Shown here piece by piece: positions 10,180-22,379 of a stretch of 64,000 bases of DNA. The notes beneath the pieces are model-generated. The model searched no databases and was not told where the DNA came from. It worked only from the letters and a program-made list of their open reading frames with translations. Origin of the DNA: Takakia lepidozioides (Eukaryota > Plantae > Bryophyta). A program made the position numbers and the translations under genes. The DNA lies in contig CM060732.1 of assembly GCA_030704615.1 (NCBI GenBank), positions 17,360,001 to 17,424,000 on the forward strand. Reading direction: 5' to 3'. The first letter of the stretch is position 1; the number at the start of each line of letters is the position of its first letter.

Positions 10180-12268
10180 GGGATAGGGACTCGGACGCGT
10201 GAAGTGCCATTGCTTCGGCATAAACAGGGAGCAGAAAATTGAAAAGGGGGCTGTCGAAAACAGACTCGCCAGAAATGACTGTATCTCCTGAAGATCCACC
10301 GCTGCCTTTCCTGAAAGACAGCCTGAAAAAGTTATTACTGTAACTTTGATGTTATCGAGAAATTGAGTATGACTCCCAAAGAGGGTTTAGCACTTACTCA
10401 CATGAAAAGTCGTTGTCGACCTGCTTATCTTCGGGATCGTCATCATTTCGAATATGAATCCGATCAGTCTGTGTGCCTGAAGTGGAGCCAGACAAAAGGG
10501 GGAGGAGCACTGTGTTGTAGAGGTCAGAATCACCCTCCATACCAAAAAGGCTTCTTCCGCCTGCCTTGCATGCGTGGTAAGTTGCTCCTGCACCAGACAG
10601 GAGAACATAAACAGTTTGGAGGAGGGGATTTAAGCAGATGAAACTGTTGAAAGGAAACCAATTCGGAAGGGAGAAAACGAACCTGTGGACACAGAAAGAT
10701 CGACCACCCGTGCAGAGCGGTGGCTGCATGACTCCAGCAGTATTTGCATGAATGCTGGTGACTTTTCCTTTGCACCTCTCCAGGGAGTGCCATCTGGTCT
10801 CTTCAGAGTCTGACTGGACTGCATGAAGTTGTACAAAATGTCATCGACATGGGGCTCATAGGGGGGGTTGACGAAACAACCCTGGTCAGAAATCTCAAAG
10901 CTGCGGATGGAGGATGGTGTCTTTGATGTGCGAATCCTCCGCAGGCAGATCGCCTCGAACATCCTCGTCTGCCAAAGATAGCAGGTTAGTGTGGTAAACA
11001 CAATCTAAAGTGGAAGTGTGTACATCGGCTATTCAGAACTCTGACACCAAAAAAACCATGAATCGTTGATGATCGGTGTCGATCATAAAACATTCTACTA
11101 GAGTGGAGCTGCAGAGAAAATTGAAACTCATGATCAAAGCATAAGCAGAAGGCAGACGGCATACCAGCTGACCAGGGAAACCCCCTTTCACAAGGTAGAG
11201 GCTGTTCACACAATTCCATGTGCGCAAAACTTCAAACCCTGAAGACTTGAGGTATGATGCCAATGCCCGACGACTATCATTGTCACATGACTGAAAAAAC
11301 AGAAGTGTCCCTGCATCAGAGAGGAAATTGTTACAGAACCCGAATACCCAACTCCAGTAGTTGTCCTCGAATTTGTTCCACCCTGGCGTCTTGCCCTTTG
11401 GAAGAACTTCTGGCACAGCCTGGCCATCCGGGATGTCGAGAATGACAATGTCGGCCGCATAAGTTTTCTGCACACCGCACACGAAGGTGGGACCTGTGCT
11501 CACCTGCAACAAACATGTTTTTTATAAGAACGATGGCAAGAATGTTTTCAAAGAACGAGACTGAAATACTGCCAACGAAACATTCAGAGAAAAAGGAAAG
11601 AAACTGGAATTCTCACCAGATTGAGGAATGAGATTATATTGTCCCAGGTAGGGGATGGCACCCCAGTGTATCCTCTCTTTCGACTCTGCATCATCGAAAG
11701 CCAACCCTCATTAACAATTTTCATCTCTCCTGCTGAATCAGAACGGGAAGGGTGTGGCTTGGCATCGAACACGCACTGAAGAGTGCGGGTATATCTTCCA
11801 GCACTAAAGTCCTGCCCACTCTCCATCTCCTTTTCATTCTCCTTCCCCTTGTCCTTTTCCTTCTCTTTGGACTTGTCTTTGTCCTTTGGCTTTGCTGGTG
11901 AGATGGCTATGACATCAACAACCTTGTCTTTTGGTTTGCGGCCCGCCTTCTTTCCCTTCTGCGGCGTTCCCTGAGCATCAGGCTCCTTGGCAGCCAAGGT
12001 TGCTATGTTTCGTTGATACTCTTCGTCAGTCAAAGGCGCCAGCATCTCAGCGTTATTGTTCAAGTATTTCATATGTTGTTCTTGAAAGGTCGTGTGCTCA
12101 GGTGCGCAGTCAAGGTACCACCCACAGTCTCTGAAGTGAGAAGGACTCCAGTCCTTCAATATCCCTGCAGTATACATGGTTGGATCGTTTGCAGGGTCCG
12201 ACCACATGTCAAGATAGTCGGGAATTCCGCTCAGGTGATTTCCTTCCATAAGCACATATTACGTGTAC
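10180..12268 (-). pseudogene. Beta-class amino-methyltransferase-like gene, paralog B (5' half deleted)
   Basis: Exons 12268-11617, 11503-11165, 10968-10683 and 10587-10402 splice in phase; a last exon from ~10322 is uncertain. Motifs: AADIVILDIPDG, PWRGAKEKSPAFMQILLESCS, VVDLSVSTG|ATYHACKAGGRSLFGMEGD. In-frame TAA at 12261-12259. Colinear with paralog A. Confidence 0.8.
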
Positions 12269-12333
12269 CTGAAAAAAGGAGATGAATCCCAACCCACAAA
12301 AGCGCTCAGTGAGTAAGATGCAAGTAGAACAGA

Positions 12334-15300
12334 AATACTGTGAATATCGTGGGGCCAGAAGCAGGGAGTGCTCAAGGGCCACCACTTGGTGGAAGATCCA
12401 CCACAAAAACAACAGGTCCAGAAGGACCAGCACCAGCAAGGGTGCCAGCACCTGTCAGTGGGCAGAAGGTAGGGCCACAGATGGCGTTACAACCAACACG
12501 GGCAAAACCACCCTTTCCAATATATTCAGGAAAAAGGGGATCCCGATGTACACATTAGCCAATTTGAGCACATGTGTATAGTGAACAATGAGAATGGCGA
12601 TGATGCCAAGATGAGATTGTTTCCTTGTTCACTTATCAAGAAAGCAAGTGAATGGTATGCAAGATTCCCTGATAATCATTTCCTAACCTGGAATGGCTTG
12701 AATACAGCATTTCAAAATAGGTTCAGGACAAGTAAAACTGAGGATGAAGTGTATGGAAGTTTACAACAGCTAAAGCAGAAGAAGCATGAAACTGTTGAAG
12801 AGTATATGGAGAAGATGGAATTGATGATGAAAAAGCTGGCTGCAGTACCAACACCCGATTTACAGAAGACTTGGTTTGTGAGTGGACTAAGACCAGAGTT
12901 GCAAAAGAAAGTGGATATGTTACCCCATAATACAGTGGAGGAGGCATTTGAAACTGCGAACAGAATTGAGCAATTGGGAATGCTCAGGAGAGAAAAAAAA
13001 AAAGATGAGGACTCTGAGGATGAGTTAGATGAAGAAGAAGAGCAAGAACTAAAAAGAAAGAGTAAGAGAAAGGAGAAGTTGAAGAGGGATAACTATGAAA
13101 AAAAATTGGAAGAAATCTTGAAGAAGTATGCCACAGAGGCTGCAACACATTGGAGGAAGGGTGTATGGTGTGCAAAGTGTCAGAATGAAGGCCATACCAC
13201 CACAGAATGCCACATGAAGGAGAAACACTGTACTATCTGTAAAATGGATAACCATTCTACTGAGAATTGTTACTACAACAGAAGGACAGCTGCAAGAGAA
13301 CCTAGGCAAGTAAGGGTGCATCAAGTGCAGCCCCAGCCAAGAAGAAACAATGATCAGGACCACTATGGTAGGTCTGGTGGTTATAACAATGGCATGGAAG
13401 GGAGAGGTAATTCAAGAGGGAATTACCAAGGAAATTCCAGAGGCAACTATCAGGGTAATCCAAGGGGGAATTACCAGCCCGGGAATCAGGATTATAGAAA
13501 TAATCCAAGAACAGACCAAGGGCGAGGACCCAATGGTGAAGAGCTATGTTACTATTGTAATCAGCCAGGACATCGCAAGGCAGCCTGTTCATTCTGGATA
13601 AGACACCAGAATGAGATGAGAGCTCCTGTGAATGAGGGCCCAGTGGTGGCAACTCACATGGTTAGGCCATGTGTTGTACCAGAAGTAAGTACAATAATAG
13701 TAACAAGAAGTAAAGCCAAACTAATACCTCCAGTAGAAGAGGAAGAAGATGAGAATGGAAGTGGCAATGATATGCCTGAAGATGAAGAGACTTGGAAAGA
13801 TGAGAAGGAACTGCACAAGGAAGTGACAGATACTATAAGGGAAATGCAAAAGAGTACTGATATTCCTGTGGCAGATTCCTCTGATTCGGATGGAGAAAAA
13901 GAAGGGAGTGAGGAAGAAAGGAAAAAAGAAGATGCAGACATGCAAAGTAATGAAGAGACTTTGGCTGAAGTAATATGTCAGACCAAAGCAGAAATTACCA
14001 TTGGACAGCTATTAGCTGTGGCACCTTATTATAGGCACAGGCTGTATCAAGCAATCAATCGAATTGCCCAAGAGACAGGAAACACAGACCTGAACAGCAA
14101 GGTGACCAGTTATAATGTGAAGCCGGAAGGGCGAGAAACAGTCATGGACTTTGATGATTCTATGCCAGTAATCCAATTGAGAATTGGAAGCACAGAACTA
14201 ACTGATGTACTGATAGATGGTGGTTCTGGAATAAATATCATGACAGACCAATTAAGGAAGAAGCTTGGTCTAAGTAACATGAAACCAGCCCCATTTACAG
14301 TAACAATGGCAGATCAAAGAAGTGTACAGCCATTGGGATTAATAAGAGGAGTTAAGATACAGATACAGAAGATGATCTTTATGATCACAGTAACTGTATT
14401 AAAAATGGATGAAGTCATGGAGGCTTACTCCTTATTATTGGGACGTCCGTGGCTGAAACAGGCCAGGGTATTCCATGACTGGAATTCTCAGTTACTAACC
14501 GTGCATAATGGGATACACGAGATACAAATTACCACAAAGAAATCTAGTAGATTACCTGCTACAAGAAGACCTCGAGGAGTCAGAGAGTATGACTGGAAAG
14601 GAGGACTGGATGAGGAGCAGGAAGCTACCCTATTTGCTGCACACCCAGAGTGGGAGCAGGTTGCAGAGATGCGGCTGGAAAGCCTAAGTTGTTTGAGAGG
14701 TATCTGCTGTGGTGTAGTGACAGCAATACCAACTAAAGAGGAAACCAACATTTACCCATCACATTTCTATGAAGAAAGAGAAGGAGAAATAGAAATCCTA
14801 GAAGAACCAGCCACTGTGAGCTTACAGGATGAAGTGGTGACTGGTTGGACAATCACAGCTGATGAGCAGGTGAGGGAAGTGAATGTGGGAACTAAAGAGG
14901 AACCGAGGATGGTGAAAGTAGGAGCTGATTTGGAGCCGGAATTCTTCGAAGAAGCTAAAAGCTTGTTCATCAAATACAGAGATGTATTTGCTTGGAGCTA
15001 TGAGGATTTAAAAGGGATACCACCTGAAGTCTGTCAGCATAAGATTGAACTGGAACCAGGGTCAGTACCAATCAAGCAGGCGAGGTATAGAATGAATCCC
15101 AACTACGCACAGAAGGTTGGAGAAGAGATAAAGAAGTTGGCTGAGGCTAAGTTTATATACCCAATAGAGTATACAACTTGGTTGTCACCCATTGTTATAG
15201 TTCCCAAGAAGAATGGCAAACTAAGAGTATGTGTGAACTATAAGAAGCTGAATGCTTGTACGAAGAAAGATCCTTTCCCTTTGCCATTCACAGAAGCAGT

Positions 15301-18300
15301 ATTAGACACTGTGGCAGGCCATGAGATGTACTCATTCATGGATGGCTTCAATGGTTATAATCAAGTGCAAGTGGCAGAAGAAGACCAAGGGAAAACAGCT
15401 TTCATCACAGACTTGGGGGCTTATGCATACAAAGTCATGCCCTTTGGACTTTGTAATGCACCAGCGACCTTTCAGAGAGTGATAAGTGAATCTTTTCATG
15501 AGTATCTGGATGATTTCATGCAGTATTCTTGGATGATTTCAGTGTGTACAGCTCTAAGAGTGAGCACTTGCATAAATTGGAGTTATGTTTGGCCAGATGC
15601 AGGATGAGAGGTCTGGGCCTGAATCCAGAGAAGTGTACTTTCTGTGTGAACTCAGGGGTGCTGCTGGGACACATTGTGTGTAAGAAGGGACTCCTTGTGG
15701 ATCCCAGGAAGACAGAAGCCATTAAACCCTCTCCACCACCGATGAATGTTAAAAGTCTACGGAGATTCCTTGGGCAAACCAGTTATTACAGGAGATTTGT
15801 CAAAAGGTATGCACAAATAGCAGCACCATTGAGCAAACTACTGAAGAAAGATGCAGTGTTTGCCTGGACAGCTGAATGTCAACAGGCATTTGAGGAACTT
15901 ACACTGTCAGTAACAACTACACCTGTGCTGATTAACCCTCACTGGCATGTAGTATTCCATGTTCACTGCGATGCATCAGGAGAAGCGTTGGGAGCGGTGT
16001 TAGCCCAGAATGTTACAGGGAATATAGATTCACCTGTGTACTATGCTAGCCGGTTGATGAACAGTGCTGAGAGGAACTATAGCACAACGGAAAGAGAAGC
16101 ATTGGTAATGATCTATGCAGTGAAGAAATTCAGGCATTACCTGTTGGGCAAGAAGTTTATGTTCTATGTGGATCACCAGGCTCTGATATACTTGGTAAAC
16201 AAACCTCTGATAAGCGGAAGAATAGCAAGATGGTTGATAATCTTGCACGAGTTTGAGTTCGAGGTTGTTTACAAGCCTAGGAGACTGCATCTTGTAGCGG
16301 ATCATTTGTCACGATTGTCAACAGGAGAACCAGCCACAGGAATAGATGATCAATTACCAGATGCGAGTCTCTTTGCAGTGGAGGTGCAGGGAAGTGCAGA
16401 TGACTGGTTAGATTGGCAGTGGCCAATCAGATACTACCTTACTCATGGTCAGTGCCCACCTAGTTATGGTAAGGAGCAGAGAAAGAGAATCGCTATCAAA
16501 GCTTTACCTTATACTATGGTAGGAAGCAGAATGTATAAGTTAGGACCTGATGGAGTACTAAAACGATGCTTGTACCACCATGAAGTAAATAAAGTTTTGG
16601 CGGAAGTTCATAAAGGAGTGGCTGGAGGTCATTTTGGAGATGAGACTACCAGTAGAAAGATACTACTCGCAGGATACTGGTGGCCTACTTTGTTCAAAGA
16701 TGTACACGAGTATTGTCAGAAGTGTGATGAATGTCAGAGGCTAGGACCTTTGCAGAGATCTGGAAGGATGGCCTTGCATCCTACAATGCCTACGGAACCA
16801 TTTCAGAAATGGGGACTAGACTTTGTTGGACCAATTAACCCACCATCCAAGAATACACGAAACAGGTACATAATTACAGCCACTGATTATACTACAAAGT
16901 GGGTGGAAGCTAAAGCTTTGAGGGACAACACAGCCAAGTCCACAGCAAGGTTCCTGTACGAGAACATACTTACACGATTTGGCTGTCCCTTAGAATTTAT
17001 CAGTGATCAAGGAAGTCACTTCATGAATGAGACCATTGAGTTGTTGACTAAAGAGTTCATGATTGTGCATAGAAAGAGTACAACATATTACCCACAGGGT
17101 AATGGGCAAGCAGAGGCTACCAACAAAATACTATGTACTATCTTGGCTAAGATAGTCAATGCAAACAGAACGGATTGGGATACAAAGCTGCTGACAGCTT
17201 TGTGGTCATACTGGACTTCATATAAAGTCACCACTAAGTATACACCATTCCAATTAGTTTATGGTATGGAAGCCTTACTTCCAGTGGAATTCCTGTTACC
17301 TACCATGAGAACGGAGTGGGGAAAAAGAATGGAATTGCAAGACTCCATCAAGGTCAGGAAACATGAATTATACCATGTGGAAGAAGTACGTGCTGATGCA
17401 GCTGATAATATGACCAGAATTCAGATGAAGCGAAAGGAACAGTTTGATGAAGGCAAGATAAAGACTTTTAAGACGGGGGATTTGGTTCTATGGTTGCAGA
17501 AGAAAGGAAAGATTCAAGCTTCTAAGCTTAAATCACCATGGAAAGGACCTTATGTCATACAAAAGATGTATGATAACAACACCGCCATGTTACAAACCAT
17601 TAACAAAGAAATGCTGGGAAGAGTCAATGCAAATAAGTTGAAGGGGTACAGTGGTATCTATGACAAACCCTTGCAGCATGATTTGCATGTTGAACCGCAA
17701 GAGCAGTCACGGGCTGCACCAATGTTACGAACGGAGTATGGAGCACTTGTCGCTAGGCCGAGCATATATGACCAGGGAGGGCAAAACAAACGTGACACAG
17801 CCTATCACAGCCCAACAAGGCAAAGCACAGCCTATCACAGCCCATCAAGGCAAAGCACAGCCTATCACAGCCCATCAAGGCAAAGCACAGCCTATCGCAG
17901 CCCATCAAGGCAAAGCACAACCTATCACAGCCCATCACAACGTGACACAGCCTATCACAGCCCAACACGGCGCAACACAGCCTATCACAACCTACCACGG
18001 CGTGTCACAGCCTATCACAGCCCGTCACAGTCATCACAGCCGACACAGCCAACACAGCCCGTTACAGTCGTCACAGCAGACACAGCCACACAGCCAGTCA
18101 CAGCCCGACACAGCCAAACACAGTCGCACAGCCAGTCACAGCCCGTCACAATTTCACACAGCCAGTCACAGCTTGACACAACTGTCACGATCATAGGGAA
18201 CAGAGAGCAGGACAGGGAACGACTGTGGGGAACATGTTAGTTCACAGACGACGGTTAGTGAGGGAAACGGTTAGAACCACGGATAGGAAGATAAAGGGAA

Positions 18301-18795
18301 GAAACGGTGAATTGAGGGAGATCATTCGGAGAAGGACTTCTTGGTCATGAAGGAGAGGGGATCGGGCAGAGATGAAGAACGGAAGTGAAGATAGAGAGAT
18401 GATGAATAGATGCTTGATATATGCAAGGCTGTAAGGATATTGTAGAGCAGATTAGAGACATAATGGCTTCGGCCTGATACCTGATAAATCATAATCGGAT
18501 ACTTTTACGATACAATCACACTGTGTAGAGAGATCTGAGTGAAGCTGTGAAATGAATGGATGAGTTGATGGAATCCAATAGATTGATAAAGCAAACTGAT
18601 ACTTAATTATCAAGGGTAAGATAGCTAACATGAATACCAAAAGGGAAACAAATAGGAAACACCCCCATGATACACCAGCTGTAGGTCATGACTGATTGTT
18701 CTGCGCGGGCTGAGTACTTAGAGATTTCCAACTCTTCTATCTTGGAGTTTCCGCCTCGAATAGCGAAGGGATGGGTGAGTAAAAGCTGCGCGACA
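12334..18795 (+). mobile_element. 5'-truncated, internally deleted Gypsy A copy (gag-PR-RT-RH-INT plus partial 3' LTR)
   Basis: Near-identical to 35347-38114 plus 40871-43700. Ends ...CGACA at 18795, inside the Tnp2 coding sequence. No 5' LTR and no TSD. Confidence 0.95.
12572..17780 (+). CDS. Gag-Pol polyprotein (one frameshift near 15522)
   Basis: CCHC knuckles, protease LIDGGSG, RT (MPFGLCNAP, LDD), RNase H (HCDAS), integrase (H..H..C..C, WGLDFVGP, SDQG) and GPY/F. No chromodomain. Confidence 0.93.
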
Positions 18796-19650
18796 ATCAC
18801 CAAGTGCCCAAAGTGCAAGAAAGACTGATATCAGGATGATGTCTAAGGGAAAAAAGTACCACGCAAGGTATAAGCGCCATTCCCCCTTGCATGGAGATTA
18901 TTAGAGAGTAGTTCTCATGCAAGATCTGAGTGTGGCTTTGGAAGGAGTGAGTGAGGAGTGAAAGAAGCGACGTTTGGTTTTGACCATTCACACCCAAATG
19001 AGGGAGAGGCTGCATAAAGGGAAAGACATAAGGGTGTTGTATTATGTGTGCTAATGGGATGATTACATGTGGGGGGCGTGGGGTATTTCATCCTAGAAAA
19101 TGCATTACTTTCCGATCATCCCGCGATTGAGGGCACAGTACCGAAGCCCCGAATTGGCCAGACTCATGAGATGGCACGCCTCGCATCGGAGCCCCCCGGA
19201 AAAGGTGTGCGGGCCACAAGATTCACAAGCATGGAGGCATATTGAAGAGATGTGGCATTTTCTCTTGGAGGACCCACGACATGTCCACCTCGGCTTATCC
19301 TCGGATGGGGTCAACACATTCTCTGTCCAGTCATGTAGTCATTCCACTTGGCCGGTGACCATGGTGAATTACAACATCCCTCCGTATCTTTCAATTAAAA
19401 AAGGCCATATCATGTTGGCTGCCATTGTGCCAGGTGAGTGTACTCATTTCATGTTTATTATTGCCTTCGACTTAACATTAAACTTCTGATCTTTGACGCA
19501 ATTCGGATGCAAGATTGATGAGTGACATAATCAAGGAGTAAGACGTGTAATTCATTTTGTAGTATAATCTGCATATTGGTGGAGCATTGAAACAATGATG
19601 AGAATGTCTCAAAGGGAAAAAACAAGTGGCAAACATGGACACGTACTTGG
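18796..19650 (+). mobile_element. CACTA Tnp2/TnpD transposase, N-terminal exons
   Basis: KCPKC..KKVPRK, intron, HYFPIIPRL...LGLSSDGVN...STWPV...YNIPP...IVPG, intron, KQVANMDTYL; typical of Transposase_21. Confidence 0.92.
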
Positions 19651-20138
19651 TACTGGTAAAGAATTGGATTCCTAAGGATATCCTGTGGATCAAACTTACA
19701 CCAAGAACAACTTTTCAGACGTGCTTGCCATATGGTTATATGGTAATGGAACCTTCTAGTATAGCCAAGGGTGCATTGAAGCTTGAAAGAAATCCAGGCA
19801 TATACGAGAGATACTACAGAAGAGAGTTTTGGTTATTGCCTCATAAGAGATATGAAAGACATGGGACATGAGTGATGAAAGAGAAGCTAGACTCCACAGA
19901 TATTCAGCAAAAAGATAAAGTTATTTGAAAGCTAATTATCCATATCTTTGGGAGAGAGGAATAGACATAGGGGAATCATCTGGACCTCTCACACAATTAA
20001 GACCAGAGAGTACATCACCCATACCGAAAGAACCAGAGTTGGATGCCACTCCTTCTTATTCTTTACAAGAAAGATTAAGGGATTTGGTACAGGAAGAAGA
20101 TCAGCCACGAGGGGAAACATCTGAGGTACATCCCTGGA
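19651..20138 (+). mobile_element. Inverted piece of the Gypsy A 5' leader ORF belonging to the minus-strand element
   Basis: Matches ~34449-34936. It is the direct continuation of the minus-strand piece 22003-22379 (HMHEEL|VLVKNWIPK). Confidence 0.9.
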
Positions 20139-21974
20139 ATGAACTTAGAGGCTGCAATTCCATGGGCAAATTTTGTGAAGGAACATTCCGGCGGCCCGCT
20201 CCTCGTCGTGGGCGTCTAGTAACCGGCCTTGGATGGTTCCGCCTCCATGCAAGCGTCTCCTCCTCTCGTTGCTGAATAAGATTATTGTATCTTGTCTCCC
20301 ACTCATGTATGGATGGGGTGTTCTTCAGTATGAAGTCATGCGCTTGCTCAATCACCAAGGTCGGCAATTTTACCCTCTTCGATTTTTTGGGCAAAACGAT
20401 GTCATTAGTTCGTGCATCCTCCTCTTCCTTCCACATCCGAGGGGATTCCTCATCCACCCTTGCCATGTACTCCGTGCAATAGAACATAGCTTCTTGCAAC
20501 GTATACCCCTCCGCCATGCTACCCTCCGGGTGCGTCATTTGTCTTACAAATCCTTTCAAAGTCTTCATATAACGCTCAAGGAAGTACATCCACCGAGAAT
20601 GAACGGGGCCGGCAATCGAAGCCTCTTCCACTAAGTGCACTACCGAATGCACTTGGATGTCAAAGAAGGAGGGAGGAAGGTGCATCTCCAACATACACAT
20701 TACCTCCACCGTCTCCTTCTTCATGCGTGGAAAATCTGCTTCTTCCAACTCTTTGGAGCAAATCCACCAGAACAAGCCTCCCAATCTATAGATTGCCTCA
20801 CGAACCTCGGGAGTTAATGTCCCACGTACTGCAATGGGCAAGATGTCTTGCAATAGATTGTGGTAGTCATGAGACTTCAAACCATGGACCCCGTCTTCTT
20901 CGCTGAACTTCATACGGAGGGATAACCCATAACCAGTTGGTGTTCGGACAACACTTATGGTGGCTATCACTTTCTTGTATTCCTCCTTTGTCCATTGCCA
21001 AGGTGCGCGCCTATACTTCCACCGTACAACACCCTTTGGGTCCACACCATTTTGTTCGGCCCATAGATTACGCATGCGATCCTGCTCCTCAAGCTTCTTT
21101 CTAACACCGAGAGAATCTCCTTTTGCAGCCACTCCCTTCTTTGCCGGCGTGCCATGAAGAACCCAAAAAAGGGACGAGCAGACATTCTTCTCAATATGCA
21201 TGGGATCTAGAAGATGGCGAATCTTCAGGTCCTACATATATCCCCACCCACAAAGTGAAAGTGACAATGCAACGCATACCAAATGTACAATATCACATGC
21301 ATGCATAGGGATATTGACGGTGTTTTTGTGGAATATGTACTGCCCAATATGGCAACTCGTAGAAGATTGAAAGTCGTTTCATGTCGGGCACGTCCACTTC
21401 ACCGTCCGTGCCCGCATTGGCCTCCTTCCATCGGTCCTCCCAAAACTGCCCGGACGGTGTCATAGGGGGGGGACGTACTTCCGCTTTGCCATGAAACAAG
21501 TGTTTCTCTCTTCTTCTCCATCGATGGCTCATAGGAAGAAATTTGCGGTAGTTGGGATACACCATCTTGTGAAGATGGCGGGAGCTATGTGCATCAAGAT
21601 CATCGCCACAATGCAAGCATGCATGGTACCCTTTGGTGCTTAGCCCCGAGCAAACAGTTAGTCCTGTACTACACATCCCGCCACATTAGCAAAAACAAAA
21701 AGTTGTCATGTGCATGGCCCATAATGCCATCTACCCCACTACGGTGCACAAGACTGTCGCCGCTACTTCAATCAATCCCAAGCCTCATCCTCATCCGGCA
21801 TTGACAAGTGAATGTACGCGGGTTGTTCATGGGGAACATAATATACCTGGATAATCATGCATTGTCCAAAGCAAGATGCCTCTCATCTGAAAAGATTGTC
21901 CGGCCATAGGGTCAAGTGAAGCATCCAATGTCGGGACCCCCCTCCATAGCTCTTTAAGTTCATCAACAAAAGGC
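20139..21974 (-). mobile_element. CACTA Tnp2 transposase, C-terminal exons including a DUF4218-like region (inverted)
   Basis: PFVDELKELW...WTMHDYPG; SGLSTKGYHAC; SIFYELPYW; MHIEKNV...GLKSHDYH...PPSFFDIQVH...GPVHSRWMYFLER...PEGSMAEGY. Confidence 0.95.
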
Positions 21975-22379
21975 ATGTGGATACAAGGTGAACTAACATC
22001 ATAGTTCTTCATGCATATGAGTGTAAATACTCACTTTTCGTTCCTCCCAGCTTTCAAACTCCACTCGTTTAATGGATAGCAATGCTATCACATAAACCAG
22101 TGTTGGTAACCATCTTGCTCTCCCTCTACAGGCCACTTGATAAATCTTTATCACTCCTTTCTCTAGACCCCACTCTGGATCAGCATCATGCACTCTCTTA
22201 AAAATGTTTTCTTTGCAACCATCTGGCAATTCCAAGAACCTCTGAAAGATTTGTTTGGACAGTTTTTCTTTCTCAGTTCCACAGGGAATTTGATTCACAT
22301 CAAATTCTTTGATTCTCCAACCACAGATGCCTGTCACATCTGGTTGTTCTTGACTCAGTTCCCCAATATGGTCGCCAAA

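Noticed and set aside
15515-15535. Programmed frameshift in pol
   Set aside because: The sister copy (41270-41285) has one more T and is in frame, so this is a private indel or a sequencing error.
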